From positions 297 through 64,296 of the forward strand of contig JAJZVX010000018.1 in assembly GCA_021846985.1 (NCBI GenBank): a stretch of 64,000 nucleotides of DNA, read 5' to 3'. Below are positions 17,137 through 25,580 of the stretch, piece by piece. The stretch comes from Acidobacteriota bacterium. GTDB taxonomy: Bacteria; Acidobacteriota; Terriglobia; Terriglobales; Acidobacteriaceae. The stretch's first letter is position 1. Each line of letters opens with the position of its first letter. Made by a program: the position numbers and the translations under genes. The notes beneath the pieces are model-generated. The model ran no database searches and was not told the origin of the DNA. It saw nothing but the letters and a program-made list of their open reading frames with translations.

Positions 17137-18543
17137 ATGCAGCGCTTCGCCACACTCGCCTCGCTCGGACTTCTCGTTGCCGCGTTCGCCACGGCGCCCG
17201 CCGCCCGTTCCCAGGACGGCCGCTATCTCATCGACGAAAACGGCAATCTCGTCAACGCCACCCAGACGGCCGTCCCGAGCCCGCAAAACTGGCCGCCGGA
17301 CCGCGGAAACCGAGACCATGCATGGGTCGGTGAAGATGGCCGTTCCGTAGCCCAGGCGCAGGTCCAGGCCACACCCCTCGGTCCCGACCCCATGGTCACC
17401 ATGACCAATCCCGCGACCGGACAGACCTATCAGGTCCGCGTCCATAATCCCACCGCCGTCCGGGCCTGGCAAGGCAACCAGCCGCCTGCCGATGCCCCCA
17501 CGGCCGCTGCCCCGGCTGGCCGCATCCGCCTCATGTCCTGGCGCGATCCCAACGAGGGCGCCTTCACCGTCTCGCTGCCGGCCGGCTGGCATATCCAGGG
17601 CGGAACCGTCCGCACCACCCAGGTCGAGCCCCATTACGTCATCCGCGCTCAGTCCCCCTCCGGCGGCGTCCAGATGTTCATGGACGATCCCAACATCGCC
17701 GTCCATCAGATCCCCGGATGGGGCACGCGCGAAGGCCAGATCATTCCCTCCGCCTGGGGCGGCCGCATCCTCGTCGAGCGCTATCTGCCCGCCCCCATCC
17801 TCGCCGAGCAGTATGTCCGCCAGCGCTACTGCCCCGCCGCCAGCGCCTTTCAGGGCGGCATCATCCCCGGCCAGACGCGCGATCTGAACCAGAAGTTCGG
17901 CCCCATCGCCGCCGCCGAGGGCAAGCGCGTCCACCTCGACGCCGGTGAAATCTCCTTCAAGTGCGGCCAGCAGAACGGCTACGTCTACGCCATTACCCTC
18001 CAGGCCTGGCAGCAGGGTGGCCCCCTCTCGCTCTGGGTCGTCTACCGCATCGCCGGCTACCTCGCCCAGCCCCAGGACACCACCCAGGCCGCCGCCGCCA
18101 TGCACGCCATGCTCGGTTCCTTCCAAATGGATCAGGGCTGGCTCCAACGCCTCGCCCAGCAGTCCGGCGATCTCGCCGGCAACGTGATCCATGAGTCCAA
18201 CGCTGTCACCCAGTCCACCATCTCCCGCGCCCAGGAAATGGATGCCCAGGAGCAGGACAACTTCGAGGCATGGAAGCAGCGCTCCGACCAGAACTTCAAC
18301 GCCATCGAGCACGCCAATAAGGCCATTACCGGCGCCGGCAACTACGGCGGTAGCGGCAGCGGCCATGACTACAACGCCCAGCTCGACACCAAAACCGTCT
18401 GCGACGACCTCGGCCGCTGCCAGACCGTCGATGCCAGCGTGGACAAGTACTACAGCGACTGTAGTGGCACCATGTATGCCGGCACCGCCTCCGGCGATCC
18501 GCCCCCCTCCAGCCTCAGCGCCTGCTGGAACCCAACGCACTAA
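17137..18543 (+). CDS. Secreted hypothetical protein (468 aa)
   Basis: Signal peptide, strong high-GC3 codon bias, Cys-containing C-terminus; no family recognised. Confidence 0.8.
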   Translation: MQRFATLASLGLLVAAFATAPAARSQDGRYLIDENGNLVNATQTAVPSPQNWPPDRGNRDHAWVGEDGRSVAQAQVQATPLGPDPMVTMTNPATGQTYQVRVHNPTAVRAWQGNQPPADAPTAAAPAGRIRLMSWRDPNEGAFTVSLPAGWHIQGGTVRTTQVEPHYVIRAQSPSGGVQMFMDDPNIAVHQIPGWGTREGQIIPSAWGGRILVERYLPAPILAEQYVRQRYCPAASAFQGGIIPGQTRDLNQKFGPIAAAEGKRVHLDAGEISFKCGQQNGYVYAITLQAWQQGGPLSLWVVYRIAGYLAQPQDTTQAAAAMHAMLGSFQMDQGWLQRLAQQSGDLAGNVIHESNAVTQSTISRAQEMDAQEQDNFEAWKQRSDQNFNAIEHANKAITGAGNYGGSGSGHDYNAQLDTKTVCDDLGRCQTVDASVDKYYSDCSGTMYAGTASGDPPPSSLSACWNPTH

Positions 18544-18551
18544 CCTGGATA

Positions 18552-18582
18552 ATTCGGTGCGCCGTGGAAAGGCGCACCGAAT
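18552..18582. terminator. 12-bp hairpin after the 17137-18543 gene
   Basis: ATTCGGTGCGCC-gtggaaa-GGCGCACCGAAT; no clear U tract. Confidence 0.5.
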
Positions 18583-18690
18583 AATGCAGGCTAAAGCGGA
18601 GAATGAACCTCTCGCTGGGCTGCTATATTCTTCACGACACCCGCACACGCGCATCGCGCATGCCGAATTCTTCAAAACAAGGGGGAAAAC

Positions 18691-20136
18691 ATGAATTGGA
18701 ACGAGAGCTCCCGCCGGTCTTTTTTGAAAGGCCTCGGCGCCGCCGGAGCCCTGGCTGTTACAGCCGCCCATTCAGAAGCACGAGTCGCCCAGGGCGGCGC
18801 CGCAGGCACCGAAATCACGCCCATCGAGGCGCAGATGGCCGCCACCCGCGCCCAGCGCATGCAGTGGTGGCACGAGGCCAAGTTCGGCATGTTCATCCAC
18901 TGGGGCCTCTATAGCGTCATTGGTCAGCACGAGTGGTCGAAGGAGGTCGAGGGCATTCCCCTTGTCCAGTACGAGCAAGTTTCCCACCACTTCAAGCCCC
19001 GGCCCAACGCCGCCCGCGAGTGGGCCCAACTTGCCAAACGCGCCGGGCAGAAGTACATGGTGATGACCACCAAACACCATGAAGGCTTTTGCAACTGGGA
19101 CTCCAGACTCACCGACTACAACGCCATGCAGCAGGGTCCGGGCCGCGATCTGGTGCGCGAGTACGTCGAAGCTGCCCGCGCCGAAGGCCTGCGTGTGGGC
19201 TTCTACTACTCTTTGATGGACTGGCACCACCCCGATGGCGCCCGCTGCAAAACCGATGCTGCCGCCCGCCGCCGCTTCGTCGACTACACCCACGGGCTGA
19301 TCCGCGAGCTGCTGACCCACTATGGCAAAATCGACATTCTCTGGTACGACGTGGACTGGCCGCTCACCGCTGCCGAGTGGGAATCCGAGCGCATGAACGA
19401 GATGGTCTTCAAGCTCCAGCCCGAGATCATCGTCAATAACCGCAACGGTCTGGAAGGCGACTTCTCCACGCCCGAGCAGGAGATTCGCGCCGCGGAGAGC
19501 GGGCGCGCCTGGGAGTCCTGCATGACCCTGAACGACAGTTGGGGCTTCAACCGCTTCGATGACGCCTGGAAGACGCCCAAGACCATCGTCGAAAACCTGG
19601 CGAAATGCGCCGGCGGAGGTGGCAACTACCTGCTCAACATCGGTCCCAAACCGGACGGCTCCGTCCCCGAGGAATCCGTCGCCGTCCTTGAAACCGTGGG
19701 CAAATGGCTCGGCGCCAACGGCGCAGCCATCTACGGCACCGAACGCGGCCAGTACGACGGCAACCCCAACGCCAATTACACCCGCCGCGGCAACACCCTC
19801 TATATCCACCAGCAGTTCTGGCCCGGCCACACCCCGGCCGCCGAGTGGCTCCCCTTCTTCCAGCCCGAGGCGGTCATCGCCATCGGCGGCCTCAAGGCCA
19901 AGGCCAAATCCGCCCGTCTGCTCAAGAGCGGCCAGAAGATCGAGTTCACGCAGGACGAGTTCGCTCTCCGGCTCACCGGCTTGCCGATGGAGGCTCCCGA
20001 CCAGCCTGCCACGGTCATTGAGGTCGAGTGCGACGCCGACCCGGTCATTGACCACGGCGCCATGCGCGCTCTCTGGCCACGCCTCCAAGTTGGAATCAGC
20101 CAGAGTAACTCCGGAAGCCGAGCCGGAACTTCCTGA
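18691..20136 (+). CDS. Alpha-L-fucosidase, GH29, Tat-exported
   Basis: SRRSFLK Tat motif; KFGMFIHWG, TTKHHEGF, LWYD, WESCMT and NYLLNIGP. Confidence 0.93.
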   Translation: MNWNESSRRSFLKGLGAAGALAVTAAHSEARVAQGGAAGTEITPIEAQMAATRAQRMQWWHEAKFGMFIHWGLYSVIGQHEWSKEVEGIPLVQYEQVSHHFKPRPNAAREWAQLAKRAGQKYMVMTTKHHEGFCNWDSRLTDYNAMQQGPGRDLVREYVEAARAEGLRVGFYYSLMDWHHPDGARCKTDAAARRRFVDYTHGLIRELLTHYGKIDILWYDVDWPLTAAEWESERMNEMVFKLQPEIIVNNRNGLEGDFSTPEQEIRAAESGRAWESCMTLNDSWGFNRFDDAWKTPKTIVENLAKCAGGGGNYLLNIGPKPDGSVPEESVAVLETVGKWLGANGAAIYGTERGQYDGNPNANYTRRGNTLYIHQQFWPGHTPAAEWLPFFQPEAVIAIGGLKAKAKSARLLKSGQKIEFTQDEFALRLTGLPMEAPDQPATVIEVECDADPVIDHGAMRALWPRLQVGISQSNSGSRAGTS

Positions 20137-20566
20137 TCGATGTGTTGTCAGACAGCGCGGAAGAACTTCAGAGTGTACGCGGCGGAGCAAAAATAGACCA
20201 CGAACCGGCGCGTAACATCAGAGTCCTCACGCACGTCGCACCGTGCGAGAAGTTGCAGTTTGCGGTGCATGGCTCCCTGGAGGGTAATGCACCATGGCCC
20301 GCGCGAAGGTGAGGAACAGCGACTCCAGGCTGTCCCGCGGAATTTTTCAGGAACAAGTCATGAAAATCATTCCACGCGCGCGGGGAGTGAGTTCGCGCAG
20401 GATGAGCCTCCGTCCAGGTAAAGGGCCGGCCCGTCTCCGTGCTGCGCTTTGGCCATCCTCCTGTCTTCGCACTGCATGCGAAACGCTTGCTCAATCCGCC
20501 GCCGCCCGCTATGCTTGGGCCGCCTCCATTCCCTCGGCGCGAGGCCATCTCTACCTGAGGTTGCTC

Positions 20567-22003
20567 ATGACCATGCGGCGGTTTTTCACTCTACTCCGGC
20601 TCGCTCTGGCTGCTCTTCTTGTTCTCTTGGCCTCAAGGGCTTTCCGCCTCAGCGCTCAAACTCCTATCCAGGCCGCCAATCAGAAAGATCACCAGCGGCT
20701 GCTCAACCTCGCCGGCATCGAGCAGCTCCGCCCGCCGGCTACGAACGATCCCAAATCTCCCAATGCCACCAACTACGACGAGTCGAAGGCCAATGTCTAC
20801 CCCAACCTTCCCAATCCGCTTCTGCTCGCCGATGGCCAGCGAGTCACCTCTGCCAAAGTCTGGTGGAGTCAGCGCCGTCCTCAGATTGTGGCCCTCTTCG
20901 ACAAGGAGATCCTCGGACGGCCGCCAGCGCACCTGCCCCGCGTCAGATGGCAGCTCGTGAGCACCGTTCGCGAAAATAACGGTCCCTATCCGATCGTTCT
21001 GAAGCGTCTGGCCGGGCATGTGGACAACGCTTCCGACCCGCAGATCGCCGTTACGCTCGATCTCGTTCTCGCCACACCGGCCAACGCCCGCGGACCTGTT
21101 CCCGTCATTCTCCAGCTTGGTTTTCCCAACCAATTCAAGATGGCGCTGGTCCGTCCGATTCCCGAGTCGGCCCCGCCCACTTTTGGTTTCTATGGCATTG
21201 AATGGCAGCGCCTTCTGCTTGCCCGCGGCTGGGGTTATGCGGTTCTGGACGCCAACAGTTTCCAGGCCGACAACGGTGCCGGCCTGACTCAGGGCATCAT
21301 CGGCTTGGCCAACCAGGGGCGCCCGCGCTCGCTGGACGACTGGGGCGTTCTTCGCGCCTGGGCCTGGGGCGCCAGCCGCGCACTGGACTACTTTGCCACC
21401 GATCCTGCCGTGGACGCCGGCCAAGTAGGTATCCAGGGCCACTCCCGCATGGGCAAGGCCTCGCTGGTGGCTATGGCCTACGATCCCCGCTTCGCCATCG
21501 GCTTTATCAGCTCCTCCGGCGAGGGCGGCGCCAAGCTCTACCGGCACATCTTCGGGGAACAGATTACCGACCTCGCCGCGCCCTCGGAATATCACTGGAT
21601 GGACGGCAACTTTCTGAAATATGCCGGTCCTCTCAACCCCGGGGATCTGCCCGTGGACAATCACGAGTTGATCGCCCTCGTTGCGCCCCGCCCCCTCTTC
21701 ATCGGCGCCGGTTCCAGCACTGGCGACGGCTACATCAACCGTAACGGCGATGCCTGGGCCGATCCCACGGGCATGTTTCTGGCCGAAGTTGCCGCCGGCC
21801 CCGTCTACCGCCTCCTGGGCAAGAAAGACCTGGGCACATCCCGCCTTCCGCCCGTCGGCACGGCGTTGATGAGCGGCGACCTCGCTTTCCGTCAGCATCC
21901 CGGCGGCCATACGCCGGCGCCGAACTGGCCCGCCTTTATCGAGTTTGCCAGCCGCTACCTGCACGCGGCGGCGGCCGCGTCGTCATCGAAAGCCGCCCGT
22001 TGA
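20567..22003 (+). CDS. CE15 family glucuronoyl esterase-like protein
   Basis: GHSRMGK nucleophile motif, AWAWGASRALDY and HPGGH. Signal peptide from ATG 20567, preceded by GAGG. Confidence 0.85.
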   Translation: MTMRRFFTLLRLALAALLVLLASRAFRLSAQTPIQAANQKDHQRLLNLAGIEQLRPPATNDPKSPNATNYDESKANVYPNLPNPLLLADGQRVTSAKVWWSQRRPQIVALFDKEILGRPPAHLPRVRWQLVSTVRENNGPYPIVLKRLAGHVDNASDPQIAVTLDLVLATPANARGPVPVILQLGFPNQFKMALVRPIPESAPPTFGFYGIEWQRLLLARGWGYAVLDANSFQADNGAGLTQGIIGLANQGRPRSLDDWGVLRAWAWGASRALDYFATDPAVDAGQVGIQGHSRMGKASLVAMAYDPRFAIGFISSSGEGGAKLYRHIFGEQITDLAAPSEYHWMDGNFLKYAGPLNPGDLPVDNHELIALVAPRPLFIGAGSSTGDGYINRNGDAWADPTGMFLAEVAAGPVYRLLGKKDLGTSRLPPVGTALMSGDLAFRQHPGGHTPAPNWPAFIEFASRYLHAAAAASSSKAAR

Positions 22004-22180
22004 GATGTGCATAGCGAGAGTCCACTCAACCAACACCGATCGCTTAGCAAGCGCCTGCTCATTCGCTTTGGCCGTGAGGCCGTGCCTGCCTTTTGAAGGC
22101 ACACTGCGATCTCGAACGGGGCTTCAATTGCCGCGCGCACTGGGCTTATTGGTAGTGGGTCAATTTCGATTCACAGGTCC

Positions 22181-22209
22181 TTGCATCCGCTTTACCGCTC
22201 AAGCATCCT
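22181..22209 (+). promoter_or_regulatory. Putative sigma70 promoter for a leaderless transcript, containing the ACCGCTCAAGCAT motif
   Basis: TTGCAT-N17-CATCCT, with the ATG at 22216 seven nt after the -10. Confidence 0.45.
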
Positions 22210-22215
22210 TAGAGT

Positions 22216-22443
22216 ATGGCGAAAAAAGACTTCGCACAGAACGCGCTGAGAGTCGTTGAAATCTCAACCGGCGAGCCTCTCAAATCACAAGAGAAGAACG
22301 CGGCGGCTGTTTCGCTCGGGCGCTTGGGTGGCCTGAAGGGTGGCAAGTCTAGAGCAGCCAAACTTACAGAAGAACAGCGAAGTGAGATTGCTCGAAAAGC
22401 AGCTAAAACGCGCTGGAAGAGGGAGAAAGAGGCGGCGGGATAG
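22216..22443 (+). CDS. Small basic KGG-motif protein of the kind found beside IS1-like transposases
   Basis: KNAAAVSLGRLGGLKGGKSRAAKLTEEQRSEIARKAAKTRW. Confidence 0.85.
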   Translation: MAKKDFAQNALRVVEISTGEPLKSQEKNAAAVSLGRLGGLKGGKSRAAKLTEEQRSEIARKAAKTRWKREKEAAG

Positions 22444-22516
22444 AATGGAATGGGGCGGGGAGTATTCCTCGCAGCCGCCCGTTTCCTGTTGACTAGGGCT
22501 TTCACCCTATGGTGGT

Positions 22517-22630
22517 ATGTCTATTGTGATGATTACGCCGCCGAAGCGGATCGTCACCACCAACCTCTTGAGAGTGCGCCGGATCGAGACCATCGCACTT
22601 TCCTTTCGTTTAGGATTCGCCCGACTCTGA
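22517..22630 (+). CDS. Possible 37-aa peptide whose stop lies in a terminator loop
   Basis: Manual translation MSIVMITPPKRIVTTNLLRVRRIETIALSFRLGFARL; TTGACT at 22489. Not in the ORF track (below cutoff). Confidence 0.3.
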   Translation: MSIVMITPPKRIVTTNLLRVRRIETIALSFRLGFARL

Positions 22631-22646
22631 CCAGTCGGGCGTTTCT
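22618..22646 (+). terminator. Intrinsic terminator for a plus-strand transcript
   Basis: CGCCCGACT-ctgacc-AGTCGGGCG followed by TTTCT. Confidence 0.65.
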
Positions 22647-22649
22647 GCG

Positions 22650-23465
22650 TTATGCAGAACTCTCAACCTTGATCGACAGCCTTTTGGAATCGTCGCTGGC
22701 ACTGTAGATCAGATCGAAAATGTTGGCAGCGGCCTGAAGCCATTTCAACCGCTTTTCGATCTCCCAAGGCGTTTCAGCCTCCGGCAAGGTTTTCAAGAGA
22801 CCTTCGATAAAGGGGTGATAAGTCCCGCCTCCGTTGCCGCTGTTCTTGCGCGTCTTTTCCCGGTCCCTATCTTCGTCTCTTGCATCGTCCACAGGCTTAG
22901 TTTGGGGAGATTCACCGCCCTTTATACTCGGCATCGTTAGACGGTCGGGTCCGTATGAGAAGAATCCTGCCTGATTTGCGGACCGTTGGAATACCTGCCG
23001 AGCCTTGTCCTTTTGCTTGGTTACGACTCCCATTGTCACCATCGCCTGCTCTAGTCCGGCAGACTGGGGAAGCGTCACCCCTTTGTACTTCTCGTAAACC
23101 TGGAGATACAGAGGAACCTTAAGGAAGGCATCCACTTTAGCTTGCTTCTCCTGCTGAGGGTCACACAGGCGTGTTCCAAGCGGTGTGAGCATTACCGAGT
23201 CGCGGTTGTATTGAATGACCCCGAAGGTCTTAGCTGCAATCAAGCGCAAACGGAATCCTCCCCCCGTGACGGCCATGTTCAACCGGGCTGCGAGCTGCTC
23301 TAACCGACACTCCCCGCCGCCCACTTCATGGACGGCCTTTGCGACCTCTGTCGAATCCTCCAGATCAAGGTAGGGGAATTCGATGGTGGACTTTTCGCGC
23401 ACCTTTAGTTCTTCCTGAACGCCCGTTACAGGTTCGAAGGGTTGTATTGCTTCGGCTTCGGCCAT
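22650..23465 (-). CDS. Cargo hypothetical protein (271 aa), predicted winged-helix-like N-terminal part
   Basis: AGGAG RBS before ATG 23465; FPYLDLEDS...LAARL...GGGFRLRLIAAKTFG...LTPLG...AFLKVPLY; AT-richer codons. Confidence 0.8.
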   Translation of the reverse strand: MAEAEAIQPFEPVTGVQEELKVREKSTIEFPYLDLEDSTEVAKAVHEVGGGECRLEQLAARLNMAVTGGGFRLRLIAAKTFGVIQYNRDSVMLTPLGTRLCDPQQEKQAKVDAFLKVPLYLQVYEKYKGVTLPQSAGLEQAMVTMGVVTKQKDKARQVFQRSANQAGFFSYGPDRLTMPSIKGGESPQTKPVDDARDEDRDREKTRKNSGNGGGTYHPFIEGLLKTLPEAETPWEIEKRLKWLQAAANIFDLIYSASDDSKRLSIKVESSA

Positions 23466-23574
23466 TTTGCGGTTTCTCCTTTCTAGGATTCCGTGAATAA
23501 GCATATAGTAGCACCACTCATCCTCAAATCCGCAAACAAACAATAACTTTTTTCGGAAAATTTAGGTTAGCCCA

Positions 23575-23603
23575 TTGACTACATGACCGCTCAAGCATAG
23601 AAT
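23575..23603 (+). promoter_or_regulatory. Near-consensus sigma70 promoter of the transposase, overlapping the ACCGCTCAAGCAT motif
   Basis: TTGACT-N17-TAGAAT; ATG at 23613. Confidence 0.75.
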
Positions 23604-23612
23604 CTATCTATT

Positions 23613-24689
23613 ATGAACCGCTTAAGCACGGCGAAAGGAGCACAAGTCGTAATGGCGCTGGTAGAGGGGAATAGTGTTCGCTCCGTTTGTCGCATGACTG
23701 GAGTGGCGAAAGGAACCGTCCTCTCACTGCTTGCCGACCTCGGTTCGGCTTGCGCGACCTACCATGACGAGCATGTGCGTGGCGTGGCTGCTCGGCGGAT
23801 TCAATGTGATGAGATTTGGTCGTTCTGCTACGGCAAGGAAAAGAACGTCACTCAAGAACAGAAGGCCAAAGGCGCGGGAAGTCTTTGGACTTGGACCGCT
23901 CTGGATGCAGATTCAAAGCTGATCGTTTCGTACCTGTGCGGTGGTCGGAACGCCAGCTACGCGGCGGACTTTATGAAGGATGTGGCATCGCGTTTGACCA
24001 CGCGGGTACAGATCACCACGGACGGTCACAGGGCGTACCTAGAGGCCGTCGAGGGTGCATTCGGTATGGACGTGGACTACGCGATGCTGATAAAGCTGTA
24101 CGGCAATCCTGCACAGCCGGACACGCGCTACAGTCCGGGCGTATGCATTGGGACTGAGACGGTTCCCATTTCCGGTTCGCCGGACCCGAAGCATGTCAGC
24201 ACATCGTATGTGGAGCGCCAGAACCTCACCATGCGTATGTGCATGCGGCGGTTCACGCGGCTGATGGCCCGCTACGCAGCCAGCGGCCGGATCGAGACCA
24301 AGAACGGCGCCATCATTCGCAAGCACATGGGCTATGGATATAGCGGCGCCGGCCACGCCGGCCGCATCAACAGCTTCTATCGGGAGTTTCTGAATCCCGG
24401 CCTGAACTACCACCGCCCCTGCGCCCAGGCCGACGTCGAGACCGATCACAAGGGCCGCAAGCGCGTCCGCTACAAACGCTATCAGACTCCGCTCGAAACC
24501 CTGCCGAGCCTCGATGCGCCGGCCCGGTACCTGCGCCAGGGACTCAGCATCAACGCCTTGAAGCGTCCCCGGCGCGCGCAGCGATACCGATGCCGCACGC
24601 CGCATGCACCAAGCCAAGAACAAGCTGTGCGAGAAGCTGAGACTCACCGCATGGGACCGAAAAATGAAGACAACAGACCGAGGAAATGA
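23613..24689 (+). pseudogene. Chimeric transposase: IS1-family-like N-terminal part fused in frame to the frameshifted C-terminal part of an unrelated integrase-core (IS481/ISNCY-like) transposase
   Basis: QCDEIWSF, TTDGH and YVERQNLTMRM...RRFTRL up to 24263, then IETKNGAIIRKHMGY...LNYHRPC...YQTPLETL. SDTDAARRMHQAKNKL continues in another frame from 24580. Confidence 0.75.
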
Positions 24690-25580
24690 CCTCCGCCTCG
24701 ACGACTGCTAACCTTGATTGAAATTAAAAACAAGAAAGGCAAAACCCGGTTCGCCTACCCTGCGCTCCCTTCAGGCTCATCCTGCAATTGGAAATGACTA
24801 CCTAAGCCAAGGGACTCAGAAAGATGTGGATGTGCCGAAAGGGCCTGGGCGATCTGTGGCGCGGCAGAGCGGTGCGCTATGCTCAAAGGGGAAGCAGTAA
24901 GCGCTGCAACAAGCCGTGGGCGCAGGGGCATAGCCTTGGGGAGCCGTTTGTTTCGACGGTCCAGGCGTGTGGCTTGCTGGAAGAGGCCTCTTTCTGAAGG
25001 CGAGTCCCAAACAGCTTTTTCTCATCGGTTGATCTGCCGAGGATGTGCAAGCCTTGAGTCCGCGGATGGGCCTGTCAGCCGACCGGCATGCTCCCAGCGG
25101 GCGATCAGGTTTCCCATGCCGCAGAGGCTGGCGGCTTTGGGGAGAGTTCGACAAATCTGTCTTTCTGTTGATCAAGGTTTCATTGATTCTTCAGCACTTG
25201 GGCATGCAAGGACTTTAGTTCCTACGGGACAGGATTTGAAGCGCAGGCGGCTTGGGTGCAGGTGGGGCGGTAACCAAGTGAGGCACGGCGGACCAGGTCC
25301 GTGAGCGGCCGCAATCTTCCCGGCAGTGGAGAGGAAGCATACAGTTTTTTGCGTCAATGGGCGGCCTTGAGCCGTCAAAAAATGAAAGCGACTCTACAAA
25401 GCGTCCCTTCGGTGACTTCTGGATGGCTGGCTTCGAATCCATGCACGAAGCCGCTTGCGCCAAGACGGGGATGCGGGCCGCAACGTGCAACTTTGTGGTC
25501 GCCGGCATCGTAAGGTAATCCTGTGTTGATCCGAGACTTGAACCCAGTGTTCGGGGAGTTTTGGGCAAACGAAAGAACAA

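Larger units (their letters stand above)
22151..24802. mobile_element. Degenerate composite element: IS1-family-like transposon with small basic gene and cargo, overlaid by the 3' part of a second IS
   Basis: IS1-like left end GGTAGTGGGTCAATTTCG at 22151; AT-richer composition; DDE transposase; right side ends in ...TTCAGGCTCATCCTGCAATTGGAAATGACTACC. Boundaries are inferred. Confidence 0.7.

Noticed and set aside
20294-20566. Long N-terminal extension of the CE15 ORF
   Set aside because: The signal peptide and GAGG RBS point to ATG 20567; the extension has atypical composition.
25420-25445. tRNA fragment or att site (TTCGAATCC) near the mobile element
   Set aside because: The flanks do not form a T-arm stem, and no acceptor or anticodon arms are present.
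24803-25580. ORFs 24816-25175, 24879-25304 and 25215-25580 as extra cargo genes
   Set aside because: No recognisable motifs or RBS, atypical amino-acid composition, and they overlap each other on opposite strands.
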